NCBI GenBank assembly: GCA_051294375.1 | Contig: CM119268.1 | Span: 9,312,718-9,376,717 of the forward strand | Direction of reading: 5' to 3' | Length of the DNA stretch: 64,000 nucleotides | DNA from: Paraspadella gotoi | Taxonomy: Eukaryota; Animalia; Chaetognatha | Shown: piece by piece, positions 1 to 13,081 of the stretch | Numbering within the stretch: position 1 is the first letter of the stretch | Layout of the letters: each line of letters starts with the position of its first letter | Made by a program: the position numbers and the translations under genes | Notes under the pieces: generated by a model | Told to the model about the DNA's origin: nothing | The model's input: the letters and a program-made list of their open reading frames with translations, nothing else | Databases searched by the model: none

Positions 1-106
1 TCGTCAATATTAAAACGACAACCGCGAAAGAAACGAACCAATTTGGGAATGACAATGGGGAGAGGTAATTTTTGTTGTCTTGCCATGGTTTATATAACTT
101 TATATA

Positions 107-965
107 CAAAAGGCTTCATATTAGAAAATGATACGCCGTTTTTTCGAACCGAGAATCGGTTCCGGAATAACTACTGGACCAAACAAGTTGAAATTTTGTA
201 TATGAAAATTGCAAAATTACTTGTTTCAATATTTTAAGTATTCGATTTTATAATTTTCATTAAAATTATATATTACAAATTCTATATTTTTTAAAATGAT
301 TATTATTATTATTATTATTCATTAGTTTTTGTTTTTGATAATCTAAATATGAAAATATTATAGAATTAATGGAAGAGGGTTGTTATATGATCATTAAGGG
401 AATATAAATAGAACTATCGAGGCGAATTTAAATATTTGACCCCTTAGCCGAGACCCTGGGGGTCACCCACAGAGGCGAAAAAAGGTCAAAATTTTTTTGG
501 GAATTTTTTAGTTTTGAACAGTTGCATAGACGTTTATTTATCCTAAACGTATTTATTATATCTAAAGAACTAGTTAACCTTAATTTTTATGTTCATAAAC
601 ATCAGCAGTTGATGCCAGATTTGGAAAAAAGAGAAAATTTGAAGTAAAATGTTGTTTAAAGATGCATGGTTCATCGTCTATTTAAAAATGCATCACTTTA
701 CATGAAAAATGTTTTTTAATGCAACTGATGCCGCCAATAAATTCATGAAAATAAAAAACAATTTTTTAGGCTTTTTTAAACCCCTGGGGGTTCAACCCCG
801 GGGCCCTGTATCTCCTCTCGGGAGTTTAAAATCAAAATTCCCCTCGGTAGTTCCATTGTATTGCCAAAGTCTACCTTCATGCCAAATTTGATCAAATTTG
901 ATGGGGTAGTTTGTGCTTGTCGCTCGAAAAAAACGGCGTATCATTTTTTAATATGAAGCTTTCTG
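107..965. mobile_element. Tc1/mariner-type MITE (family A, copy 1)
   Basis: Imperfect ~40-bp TIRs (CAAAAGGCTTCATATTAGAAAATGATACGCCGTTTTTTCGA at 107-147, reverse complement at 924-965), TA on both flanks, no coding capacity; related copy at ~26450-27555. Confidence 0.8.
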
Positions 966-1026
966 TATATATATATATATTATATAGACTTGCTCTTCCT
1001 CTTGAAATAAATTTATTTCCTTGGCG

Positions 1027-3566
1027 ATGTCCGTCTACTCCAGTTCTTCGCGCCTCCTTCGCGATCGTGCCTCGACTCCATCCTCTATTGACGACCCTGT
1101 CGCTCAAGAGCGGAAGTTCCGTGCTGTCTACGCTTGCTGCGTCGGGGCTTGCGACGTCGCCGGTAAAAGCCTTGCCGGAATTGCCATCCATCTCAGCCGC
1201 AACCACGGCCTCACTAAGACGTCGCCTAAGTTCAAAGAGTCATTTCGTGAGGTCTATACTTGTCTTGCCGACGAGAATTGCGCCTTCACTTCCGAGTCAA
1301 TTCACGGTGTTACTATTCATCTTGGTCAAAAGCACAACAGGTGAACGTTTGGTCGATATGCGTCCTTACAATTAATTTCTATTTTAGAAATAAATATGTA
1401 AATTTTAGGTCTAAGTCGTCTTCTCCTTGCGTGGCCACCACCTTGTCTAATAATGCCAAAGTCAAAACGGACGCCAAAACCCCGACAGTCGTTTCTCAGT
1501 CGTATTTGGAAATCCCTAACCGAAAATCGTTTCCGTGTCTCGTTCCCGGATGTAACTTTGTCTCTCCGTCCTTTAGAGGACTGAAATTTCACACGACGGC
1601 CGTGCATTCGACCAACGACGTTGAAACCACCGAATTCGGTGAAGCGAATCGTAACACGGAAGTTGAAAACCATTCTGAGCGTTCGGTTCCTTGTCCAGAG
1701 GATTCTTGCCAAGGAATTTTCAAGTCAGAAAAAGACTTAAAAATACATAAAAGACGCACGCATCCCGGCGCGATTGTTCATCCCGCCGCTACATCCGGTC
1801 CAATCAAACTTCGCAAGTGTCCCGTCGATTCCTGTGAATACGTCTTTAAAACAAACATAAGCTATCTCTCCCTCTTAACCCACTTTAAGAGAAACCATCA
1901 CGGAGTTGCAGTCCCGGACGAGTTCCGTCACAAACACAAGTGCCCCGTTGCCGGTTGTAGCTATGCAGCGAAAAAGGCTCCAAATTTGAAGCAACATATC
2001 TTGGGCGCTCATAAGGACTGGATGCCCGATGTCGATAGTCCATGGTATCAAGAGCTTAAGGTAAGGTATTGTGAAAGGGGATTTTGATTTTAGAACTCAT
2101 TTTGATTATTTAATATATAATATTATATTAATATATATTAATATCACAGATGGGATTCTTCGCCTGCACGGAGCCCGACTGCACGTTTTCATGCAACAGT
2201 CCTATGGGAATGGCGTCTCATCGACGCGTTCACCTCAAGGCCGCCAAACGCAAGTTGGAGGAAATCGTCGACGAAAAAGCCGTTAAAGAGTCGCCGACTC
2301 GCGCGGCTGCTGAAGGCGAAGACGGCGGAATCGAGGCGGATGTCGAGGACGAGGATGGTGGCATCGGTAGGATGAAACTCCGATGACAAACGTTTGAAAA
2401 ATACTATTTCTTCTTATCTTTTAAAGGTCCCAGCAAACGCGTTCGCAAACAGTCAACCCTCTATCCCTCCGCCAAGGAGTTCCTCTGCGGCATTTGCGAT
2501 GAGGCTTTCGAGGCTGCTTCCAGTCTAACGGCGCACACGCGCGAGCGTCACCCTGATCGGCCTGGGTGCTTTCCGTGTCCCTTCTGCGATAAGTTATTTT
2601 GGTCGCCAGCCTTTTTGCAGTCGCATATTTCCTTGCAGCACGAGGAGCTCGAAGACTCTAATTTGGCTCCCGTCAGAATTAATGGAGTAAGTTTTGAGCG
2701 GAAAGTTAAAACTAAATACAGTACGTAACTGACATTTTTTTAAATTGTTTTTTCTGTAGTCGCGCAGGTCACCGTCGGACGCGACGGTGACAACTTCGTC
2801 TTCGCGCGTCGTTCTCAGCGACATCGCGGACCGTCTTCCTACGCTGCGGTCACCGCGACGTGACACGCCCACCATCCTCGTCTGCAAAGTCTGCGCCCTC
2901 GTCTTCGAAGAATCGGAGGGTCTTGACGAACACATGACCACCTGTCACCAATCGGAAGACATGTCCCGCAACTGCGACGCGTCGCAATCTGATTCGGGGG
3001 CGGGGAGAAGCTCGTCATCGACGCAGGGCCAGAGGGTTGGTTCGCCGACGGTGATGTCGACAGAGTCGTCGTCTTTGACGAAAGATGACCCGAGGCGAAA
3101 AATAACCTTCGAATGTCCAAAATGCAATGAAGTGAGTAGCTATTTACGTGTTTTTATACATTTTTGTAGATAGGCTAATATTTTGTAATACACGTTTCTC
3201 CAGGTCCTATCTTCCGATAACAAACTATTGTTTCACGTCAACTCGGTTCATGGCCTAGAAGCCGCTATGAACCTCTACCCATGCAACAAGTGCAAAAAGT
3301 CCTTTCGCAGTTCTTACTTTTTAAATCTCCATTTTGAAAAGTTTCACCCAAACACTAATTCGGTGATTGAGGCTGAGGCTGAGGCTGAGGCCGGGATTGA
3401 TGCGGAGACGGAATTCTCAGAAGCGGCCGAGATCAGTTGGGCCGCCGCCCATTCGGGCTCGAAACCGATTGATTCGAACTCTCAGTCGACGGAGTTAAAA
3501 GCTCCTTTTCCTCTGGCAAAAGCTGATATCTTCGAGGAAGAGGTTCTGACGTCCAAACCGAGTTGA
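1027..3566 (+). CDS. Multi-C2H2 zinc-finger protein (about 6 exons)
   Basis: Repeated C-x2/4-C...H-x3/4-H motifs (CLVPGC...HTTAVH, CPEDSC...HKRRTH, CPVAGC...HILGAH, CKVC...HMTTCH, CNKC...HFEKFH) in exons ~1027-1340, 1410-2060, 2150-2367, 2427-2686, 2760-3131 and 3204-3566, joined by GT-AG introns. Confidence 0.85.
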
Positions 3567-4539
3567 AAAAGCTCCTCGTCCAACTGGGAGTTTCTGATCT
3601 TTCCAAAAATAAGATTAAAATTTCTAATTGAAAAAAAAAAAATAGTTACAAATTCTGACCTAAGTCGACCTAAATACTCCGATGATTAGCTTATTTGTTT
3701 TTGTTGCCGTGTTTGCGTTTTTATTTCTTATATTTTTTTTAGAAAACATTTTTCTCTCTAGTTTCGTTTGTCGAATTTCGAGTGCTTAATATCGAAAGTT
3801 GTTTGATTTTTTATGTGGATTTTATTTATTATTGTTATTTAGTATATTCTGTACAATTAAGTACTCGCTAAGTCTCATATTTTTGTGCAATTTTATGTCA
3901 TATTTTTTTAATCACCTTCTAGTCCAAAAATAAAACCTTTTAAGAGAGTTAAAAATATTGTCACAAAGCCTTTCCTCCTTTTCTTAATTTTTTATCAGAT
4001 TTTCAATTCCATGTTTTTTTTCAAATGGAAAAAGCTAATCTTGCAAACGGCTTTATAATTATATATTAAGTTATTTAACTAGCTGGGCGCTTTTACGCTC
4101 TCATCCTATGACCATCCCATGACAAAATTCATCTGAACAAAGTCATTTTTGACGTGTTGCTTTGATAATCGCATGCTTGTCAAAAGATACTTATTTTTTA
4201 GTCGAAATTTATGTGCTCTTAATTATATCCATTTAATTTTAATCCCAGTCTTTCCCTAGTGTTCGAATGTATTTGTATTTTCATGGCATTCTATTAGGCT
4301 TTGTTTCAAAAATCAGTTGATGGAATGTCTCCATTGGCAATAAAAAACTTGAATTACTATTTAAGTAAAAAAAAGAATTCTTCTTCCATTATTTGGTTAC
4401 GGTCATCAAAAATGTAATCAAATAAGTTATGAACTTTTTCGGTAAGTCTAAATCTTTGGTGCATAAATATTTAAGTATTTTTTACAAGATGTTTTGTAAA
4501 TTTTTTTTTAACAGAAATTATTTAGCGGTTACATCGAAA

Positions 4540-7500
4540 ATGACCAGCGCGTTTCCAAGACTGGAAGTATTGCCTTTTCTAACGCTTGGTAGCTTCTTAG
4601 CTTTGGCTCTGGTCATGGCGTTCTGTGTCTGCCAGAGGTAAAGAAATAGTTTGCCAATTCTATCATGTAGTTCTTCCCCACCAACAAGTGAGCATCTGCT
4701 CAGCAAACGCGACATCTCCCGAGAGAAAACGAAAGAGGAAACCTCCTCTTCCCCGCCTTCTCTTCCCCCTCCCGTACGCTACCTCAGTACGCCGACACGA
4801 GACAGAATCACTTCTTCTGTTCGCGCTTTTGCGCTCAGTCTCCCGGCTTTTTACGAAAAATATTTTTTGATTATTTTTTGAATAATTTTGCATATTTTTC
4901 GTTCCTTTTTTTGGAGTTCAGAATACAGATATTCTTCGACACGTGGCTTTGAAGTTTCTCTTCACGGCCGCCATCTTTTTTCGTCTTCGTTGTGCGTGGC
5001 TTCGGAGGGAAGAGCCTTGACTCGGCCCTTTCGCTTGCCCTCGACGCACCCTGCGCGGCTGCGGAGGGAAGAGCCGCGACTCGGCCCTCTCGTTTGCCCA
5101 CGGCGCTTAGTACGGCTGCAGGGGGGAAGAACCTTGTTTCGGCCCCCTTGTTTGTCCAGTGCTCTCCGTTTTTTGGACTGAGGCGCGTGTTTTCAACTCG
5201 ACTACCCTCATGTCTCTTCCGCCGCCGCCTTCGCCCCGCCTCCACCGCCTCCACCATCAGCCATTCCGGGCTTTTCTGGTCAGGCCGAAGTCATGCCCCT
5301 TCAGATGGAGGCAGTTCTCCAAATTAGCAACGCTCTTTCTAGCGTTCGTCGCAAATTTAGGGAGTTTCGCCGCTCGTCTCGTTCCGAATTGGAGAGTCTT
5401 CGGCGGTGAGTTCTTCTTTCTTTTCGTTTTTGTTTTTCGCCTTTTTTTGGCGTACATTTCGGCGTACAGAGGGGTTTTCCTCCTGTGCCCCACCTAACTC
5501 GACTTTGTTTGTTTTTTGTCGGGCCTTCGCCTGGTCTTGTTACAGGCTCACTTGTTGGTGGGGAAGAACTACATGATAGAATTTATGGTTCCAAGTGGAA
5601 CCGGGATTCTTCATGGTTCTTCCCCACCAACAACCACCCACCGTCCACCCCTGGCACCACCGTGCTTCTGTACAGCCTTCGGAGTGGGTCCTACAGCAGT
5701 GGAGGGTTTTGCGCAGAGTTGGCCAGGACGACGTTCTTTACCGTCGTGGGACGTTCTTTCCGCCTATACGCGTTTCCGGCGCTGGTCGGATGTCTTTTCG
5801 CCGGCGGATTTCGTCCTCCTGCTCAAGAGAGTTGCCTTGCCGCTCAGTTCGACGCCGTTCGGAAGGACTCCAAGACGACGCGCGCTTTCAAGGCTTTTGA
5901 GCGCATCATGAGGGACGCCGGAGCGTCCGCTCATGCTGTCCTTTTTGTCGCTGAGGCTCTCCGCCTCATGGTTGAGGCCCTTCGCTCGGAGGGGCCCGGT
6001 GCAGTGGACGCAGGCCACCTTGACGATCTTGCCAAGCCCCTTAGAGACGCCTCGTCGGGTTTGGCGGCGATTTTTGGCCCTCTCCGAGTCTCGGCGCTTA
6101 GTTGTCGACGCTGCCCCTTCGGATCTCAAGACAGTTCTGTCCAGTTCTCCGCCCTCCACGTCGTTCTTTTTCGGAGACCGCTCCACAGACGTCACTCAAG
6201 CGTTCCATTCTTCGCTTCTCCGCTCCGGGGCGCCTCACTATTGCGCCAGTTCTGTTAGCCGCAAGCATGGGCGTGGCAGTCCGCGTTATCCCGCTCGCCG
6301 TCCCTACTGGCCTCGCAAGTTTTCGCCGCCTCCCAAGCGTAGGGCGGGACTCCAGGGACGTCAAGGACGCCAACTGATCGCCCGACAGTTCTTTCGGCCG
6401 TTGCTTCGTCCGGCCGTCAGTTTCTCCAGACCCGGTTTTCGTCCATGGACTGGTTCTTTTTGCGGTTTCTCATCCCCCCCTTCTACGACGTCCGGTCAAG
6501 TGGGCTGGCACGTCACCGGAAGTCTTCGCGGGATTCCCCCTCTTGGTTTGCTTGGTTACGAGTGATTCTGTCTCGTGTCGGCGTACTGAGGTAGCGTACG
6601 GGAGGGGGAAGAGAAGGCGGGGAAGAGGAGGTTTCCTCTTTCGTTTTTCTCTCGGGAGATGTCGCGTTTGCTGAGCAGATGCTCACTTGTTGGTGGGGAA
6701 GAACCATGAAGAATCCCGGTTCCACTTGGAACCATAAATTATCTAATTTCTGTTTTTTGGTTTAAAGTGTTTATTATATTCAAGGTTCAAACGTAAAGAA
6801 GGTTCCAAAGAAAGCGGGCCACTTGGAGAGCGTCTAAGCAATCACTTAGTTAATTGCGAGGTCCCGGGCGGAACTGCCATTCCAGTCTATGGTCCGACTG
6901 GCGTTGCTTTCGAATCAGGTGATTTACTTTAAATATTTACAGACCTTTAAACAAAGTAAGATTTTTGCTCATTTCTTATGAGGATTTAGTTCAATCTTGC
7001 CCACTTTTCAGTTCCTCGTCGGCGCGACGAGGTACGTTCTTTTCTCAATCTCGGCGGGCGACGAAAATCTCGAAATTCTACGATCGATCGGGCGTTGCCG
7101 GAAATTCCCGGAGCGAGTCGGGGCGCCGAAGTTGTTGACACTGACCCCAATTACGACTTGATTCTGAAGCCGGAGAGCGATCGATCCGGCACCCCCGCTG
7201 CCCTTCCTCCTTCCAGAGACCCTATCTACAGCTCAGTCAGGTGCGCTATTGAAAAAAAAGTGTCTTTAATGAAATAAAATTGAAAATCTATTATTTTCCT
7301 CTTATTGTTCGCTGAAGGGGGGAAGACAGCTCTATATCCGAGGGAATGTACGCTAAAGTTCAAGAACCTCGCAACGGGCCTACTGTTTCCCTCAACGCGT
7401 CCGGAAGCGCTAGACCCGGCGTTATGGCGTTGGAAGTGAATGGACGAGTCGCCGGCCAACCCCCATTAGGAATAAGGTGAATCAACATTTTTCATTTGTA

Positions 7501-8628
7501 ATTTGATTCTTTCTTATTCTTAACTTTGCATCTTCGATCTCCACTACCCCCCCCCCCATTCAGAGAGCACGAGTATTCTCGCATTCGCAATCTGGACGAA
7601 GAGAACCTTTACTTTAAAGTCGGCAGCGATTCGGGCAGCGAGAGCGGCTACGCGCACGTGCACGCTCGCGAGTCTTCCCTGCGTCGCGGAAAAGCGTGCG
7701 GGGACGACGGTCGAGGGGAGGGATCGCGCATGACGGACGTCGTCGTCGCTGGGGACGACATGTACGCCGAGATCAGGAAAACCTCCAATCCGGACAGGTT
7801 GAGTGGGTGAATTTTTTTTTATCTCGTCAGACGGGCGAATGCCCGACTTGGGCGAGATGTTAATTCGTTTCTGCTTCTTTTGACCGTAGTCGTCGTTGTC
7901 GTCGTCACGCTGTTTTAATATTCAAAAATGAAAATAGCTTAAATGTATATTGTATAACCATAGCATCACAGATGAATGAAACCCGGAAACAGAGGAAAGG
8001 ATTAAGGAAGAGGATTCCGGAAGAGGAAGAAGATTCTGGAATGATTTCGAAAGGAATTTTGGAAGCCAAATCCAGAAAAGGAACAATAGTTTTTGGAAGA
8101 GGAAAAGAAGGTTCCAGAAGTGGAAGAGGAGGATTTCGGAAGAGGAAACTGGCTTCGTCTACTTGCCCATTATAACTAGCCTCTGTTTCTGCTTTGATTC
8201 ATTCTGTTTAAAAATTGACACCGTCTTCTCTTGTCTATTTTCTGATAATAAAATTCCACTTTGATTTCATATTTCTCATCATCGAGGTCTTTTAAATTGT
8301 TTTGTTTCATATCCCTACACTCATTTTTTTGTTTTATTTATAAAACAATTTTTATATATATAGAGTTCAGCTCTGCAGCGGCTGTACAAGAATAATTAAA
8401 GTTGTAAACTTGTAATTATGATAATTACATTATTAATTATTTAGCTATTAATTAAACCACAAACAAACATGATCATTTACCAATATAAAATATTAATATT
8501 AAACTTTTAGGCCAATATAACCAAACTTATCAAAGCCTAATCAGAATACGACAATATGTAAATGAGATTAAGGAATTCAATCTCATTTGAGATAATCCAC
8601 AAATTAATCTGCTACAGTGGCTGTCCAG

Positions 8629-8659
<31 letters not shown>

Positions 8660-11600
8660 CTTTTAATTATGTCAGTTTTTTATTTCGTTGCAGCTTCTTC
8701 TAATTCGTTTAAAAACGAGTTCGCTCTGCAGTGGCTGTCCAGCTTCTTTCTTTCTCACTCTTTCTCTCTCTCTCTCTCACTCATATACACATTTGTTATA
8801 TTTACGATAAATGATTCATCGCGTCAATGAATGATTATCATTGCATCAATGAATGATTATCATTGCATCAATTAATGTTTAAAATCGCATCCATTATTTG
8901 GTTATCAGAGCATTAATCATTTGGTTATCAGAGCATTAATCATTTGGTTATTATCGCATCAATCCCTTGGTTATCATCGCATCAATATTTGGTTATCATC
9001 GAATCAATAATCAATTACTATTACATCAATAATTTGTTATTGCATAAATCATTCTTTTTTTTTTCAGATTTTTTCATTAGTTTTCTTTGATAGTAACGTC
9101 TGGCGAGATCACTATACTTTTAAGATTTAATCAATCATTTTCCAAAAAAATTACATTATATCTCTTGATTAATACATTAAATGTTAATTATCATTTTTCA
9201 CATTATAAAATTTTTTTGAAATCTTAAAATTTTTTCGAGGAAACTCCTCCACCCCGGCGAGATGCTTCTGTCATCCAGAGATGCTTCAAAAGCATGATTT
9301 GGCGGCTTCGACGATCAAATAGTTTCTCTATTTCTCTTTGAGTTAATGAAGAGTTTAAAAATGGTACCTTAATAAAATAAAGCATATAGATATACAAACA
9401 GTATAATAAAGAATAATTATCAAAATCATTATTTTAATTTCAATTACAAAAATCAGTATAAATTCAGAAACCAATGAATAAATTAAAATAATATTTAATC
9501 TCGACGAAAGGATTGAATCGTAACGAACGACGTAAGCACGAATGATGAAATGATCCAAAACGATAAATCCTTGTGACAAAGTAAAGTTCGAACTCAGATA
9601 TCACGATTCGCGAGTTTTTGGATATAACACAGCTTTTAAAAATTCCTACATTTTTCAAGTAAAGATATAAAAAAACTGATAAAATTATTATTATTATTAT
9701 TATTATTACTATTAGTACACGATAATTGTTCTGATAAAATGTCATGAACTGTATTTTATATAGCCTTTCAAATCAAAGTCACTATTTTTTTCTTGCTAAA
9801 GATTCCAACGTGATTAAATTTAGTATGATATGACTTCTTGATTTCAGCGATACTGTCGGAGCAGACCCTAATGCTCACTCCCTCGGCGTCTTTGACGCAA
9901 CCACCTCCGAAAACCTCTACGCCTTTCCACCACCCGTTCCCGAGAAGCAGTACGACTTAAACGACTCCTTCGACCCCGAGTTCTTGCAACCGGGTAAGGG
10001 AATCATATTTTGTTCGTAGGAGGACTCAAGTCGAGTGTAAAATCTTTTCCTTCCCAGTCCAATCGATACCCTTCATCGATGAGGCCGGGTTCACCTCACC
10101 GACCAGTCCAGACTTGCCCCCAAGGAACAGCGTACCGGGTGGCGTCTTCTCTTTCGCCACAGGTTTCTTTTTTCATTTTCAATTTCATCTCTTCTTGCTC
10201 TGCAAATCATACTCTTCCATTTTCCCCAAATGATTCTTTTCGAGTCTGTCTGTCTTCCATAATTTTTTTTAGATACAAAATGTGCGGTGATAATTTCTAC
10301 TTGAAAATGTTTTCTTCTCAGGCGGTGCTACCACGCCTCCAGTCACCCTCTTTTCTCAAACAACTTCGCTCTCGTCCATTAGTCATAACAAGACCCCCTC
10401 TCTGGCTTCTGCCGCTTCTTCGAATTCAACTATTGTGAACGGTAAATAATTTTCACTTCTCATAGATGAAAAAAAAGCGAATCATTTCTTTAAAATTATG
10501 TATACTTTTTCTTTTTAGCAAGTGCCATACCCGTCTGCGGGGACGACCATGTCGGCAATCATTCCTTCGCCGCTGCCTCTGCCGTCTCAGCCTCTGAAAA
10601 TCCTCTTCTTTCTCCAATACCGTTCAACGTGGCCGGTGAATCTCCATTGTTGACAGGGCCGCACACCTCGCACCAAGGTAAGTATGGGCAAAGTCGTTGA
10701 AGGGACGACGGGAAGCGCGATTATTGTCCGTGGCCTCATTCTTTCTTCGTTCTCTCAGGCCCAGACGACAAAAAGGACTACGTGATCATCACTGCCCGAG
10801 AGTCGGTCCCCGTTTTACAAGCTCGTCGCGCCCAAGAGGCGGCGGCCAAGGAACTCGCGGAAAAAAAACGGCGTCATGTCTACCAGAACGTCAACGGTGG
10901 GATCGGTGGCTGCGAGACTGGCGACGACTCTGACAGTGACAACTATGCCAAGGTTCATTAGAAAATAGTTTTCTTATTGACTGTTTTACTAATCAGTAAT
11001 CACTCATTTTTAAGTAAATTTATAATAAATACATTCGTAGTGCCTCAAGCGTACTTTTACTTTAATAATGAAGTTTTCTCCTATTATGAAAGTGAGATGT
11101 AAAAAAAAGATTGGAAAGAGTTCTTACAATTTTACCTGGTTAATGGTCTTAATTTGCATTCTGATTCGAATAATACCCAGTACAAATGAGTGTATTAATG
11201 TATTAAATTCGACTGATTCGATGTGTCAGTACGCCTGAGTACGCTTATTTCCCCCCATTTTACCCCACGTCTTCACGAATATTTTCCAGGTGATGGATCC
11301 CGATTCCTTCTCCAAATCCCTCGAAGCTCGTAAGATGGCCCCCTCTCCACAACGTTCTTCCGTCCCTACTCCGAAAAACGCCCTTCCTCGGATCGTCGTG
11401 GACGCGACGCCACCGTCGGCTGGGGAGCCTACGACTGTACCCTTTCCGAGCGACGACCCTGACGTCGTCAAAACCAGAGATGGTTGGCTACGCCGAGAAC
11501 ACACGTACTCAACCGTAGAGGGAGAGGAGCAATTGTACTCTGAAGTTCCAGATCCTCCGTCTTCGCACCGGGACCAGCCGATCGATCCGCCGCCGCCCGA

Positions 11601-12288
11601 ACTTTTCGACGAGCTGCTCAACGATCGTATTAAGACGACGTCGTCGTCGGGCGAATCTTGGACGAGATCCTCACGAAATAAGTTGGAAGACGCCTTGAGC
11701 GAACTCCACGCGGAACCACCCTACACTACCATTCTCGATCCACCTCCGCCGCCTCTTCCTTCCGCGTCCCAGCCACAAATAGAGCCTGCGTCGCGGTTGT
11801 CAGACGAGAAGGAATCTTTGAAAGAAACCTCGGAAGTGATTATGGAGGAGCCTCCTTACACGCAAATCCCAGCAGCGAACGCTTCCGTATCGGTCGCTGC
11901 CGTCTCTTCCGCTCCACCCACAGATCAATCCGGATTAAATCAAGGAGAACAACTAGTCTCTCCTGGAGGGCAGGACGTTCTGCCGCCCTCCGCTGACGAA
12001 TCGTTGGAGGGCGAACCGCCTTACACCAAGATCGTCACGGTCGGACCTCCGTCGACTTCGGTTCTCGACGGACGTTCCGCAGTGGACTCCGCTCGCACCC
12101 TCAGGGACTCAGCCGTTGCGCCTCGGACGGGAAACGCAGTTGGCGAACACGCCTCGGTTATATATCTCCTGTCCTCTTCGTCCAATCCACAACCACCATC
12201 GTCGACTAATCGGCGACCTGCTTCCGCCAGTCACGTGACTACCATTGAAATTACGGGCGACAACCATTTGATTCACGGAAACATGTGA
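4540..12288 (+). CDS. Single-pass transmembrane adaptor with many tyrosine motifs (PAG1/Cbp-like)
   Basis: Exon 4540-4637 (MTSAFPRLEVLPFLTLGSFLALALVMAFCVCQR) splices in frame to 6785-6918 (FKRKEG...). Further exons at ~7012-7241, ~7318-7477, ~7564-7797, ~9849-9993, ~10760-10952 and 11290-12288; the exons between 10.0 and 10.7 kb are uncertain. TM plus CxC plus basic patch, then a low-complexity tail with about 15 YxxI/V motifs. Confidence 0.7.
4656..6740 (+). mobile_element. Non-autonomous DIRS1-like element (ITRs, ICR and gag remnant only)
   Basis: Inverted terminal repeats at 4656-4812 and 6561-6740. Internal complementary region 5546-5633 equals the reverse complement of the left end joined to that of the right end. 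AATT at both ends; gag-like peptide (RKDSKTTRAFKAFERIMRDAGASAHAVL) resembles the one in the 37.7-43.0 kb DIRS; no RT or YR. Confidence 0.85.
7821..9125 (+). mobile_element. Helentron/DINE-1-like non-autonomous element (family H1, copy 1)
   Basis: T-run, 5' subTIR ATCTCGTCAGACG (7821-7833), nearby partial inverted copy GGGCGAGAT, (GTC)n microsatellite, internal tandem repeats, 3' subTIR CGTCTGGCGAGAT (9097-9109); second copy at 23122-24600. Confidence 0.7.
8815..9050. repeat. Degenerate ~20-22-bp tandem repeat array inside H1
   Basis: Repeated TCAATGAATGATTATCATTGCA and TTTGGTTATCATCGCATCAAT-like units. Confidence 0.7.
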
Positions 12289-13081
12289 TATGGCTTTGAA
12301 GATATTTCACAGACTACAGTGAAGTTGATTTCGTTTTTGTTTGCCTCTTCTATTCCCATTTTTCAATTTTCTTTATCGTTGAAGGAAAAAAAATCCCACC
12401 AAAGAAATTTTGCTAATTTGTTATGTGCACGCTGAATTAAATTACGTTGCCGTTTCATGCACTGTCGCTCTAGTAGTATTTTTTTTATATCAATTTGCTA
12501 CTAATTTCAATTGCTCATAACCTTAATTAATCTTGTTTATATCGATAACCGATGTTGTGAAGTTTGAAATTTAAGTGATCGCGTTTACCCCTGTACTACC
12601 CTCCCTAATCCTATTTATTAACCTTGAAAATGCCATAGATACTTAGTGTAATTTTGACTCCAGTTGTTGCCATTTTTTGTCTTGTGAATTTAGAGCATCA
12701 TTCGTTGCCTGTCGAGTCGGGATTAATTTTTGTTTTGTGTGTATGATTTATCGTCTCTCTCCTAAATCGTGAGCGTTTCGTAAATTTGAGTCAGCTGATT
12801 AGTACTAAGTCTATAATCATTTGAACCTAATTAAACATGAGTGTCGAATCGACTTTCTAATTTTATCAGTTGTCGTTTGCTTTATTATGTTACATTGGGT
12901 TACCGGTCTGTTCTCTGTTATCTTCAGACCGCTTGAGGTGAAGGATGTAAATTCTATTTTTAAATTTACACACACGACTTTGTGTATACGTAACATGAAC
13001 ATTTTGACGGAAATGTTTTTCCTTTATTCTCTTCATTTTACTGGTTTTTATTATTTTTTTTTTCTTACCAGGTTTAGAAAT

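Noticed and set aside
8815-9050. Regularly spaced repeats that might suggest a CRISPR array
   Set aside because: No unique spacers and no cas genes; a eukaryotic tandem array inside a transposon.
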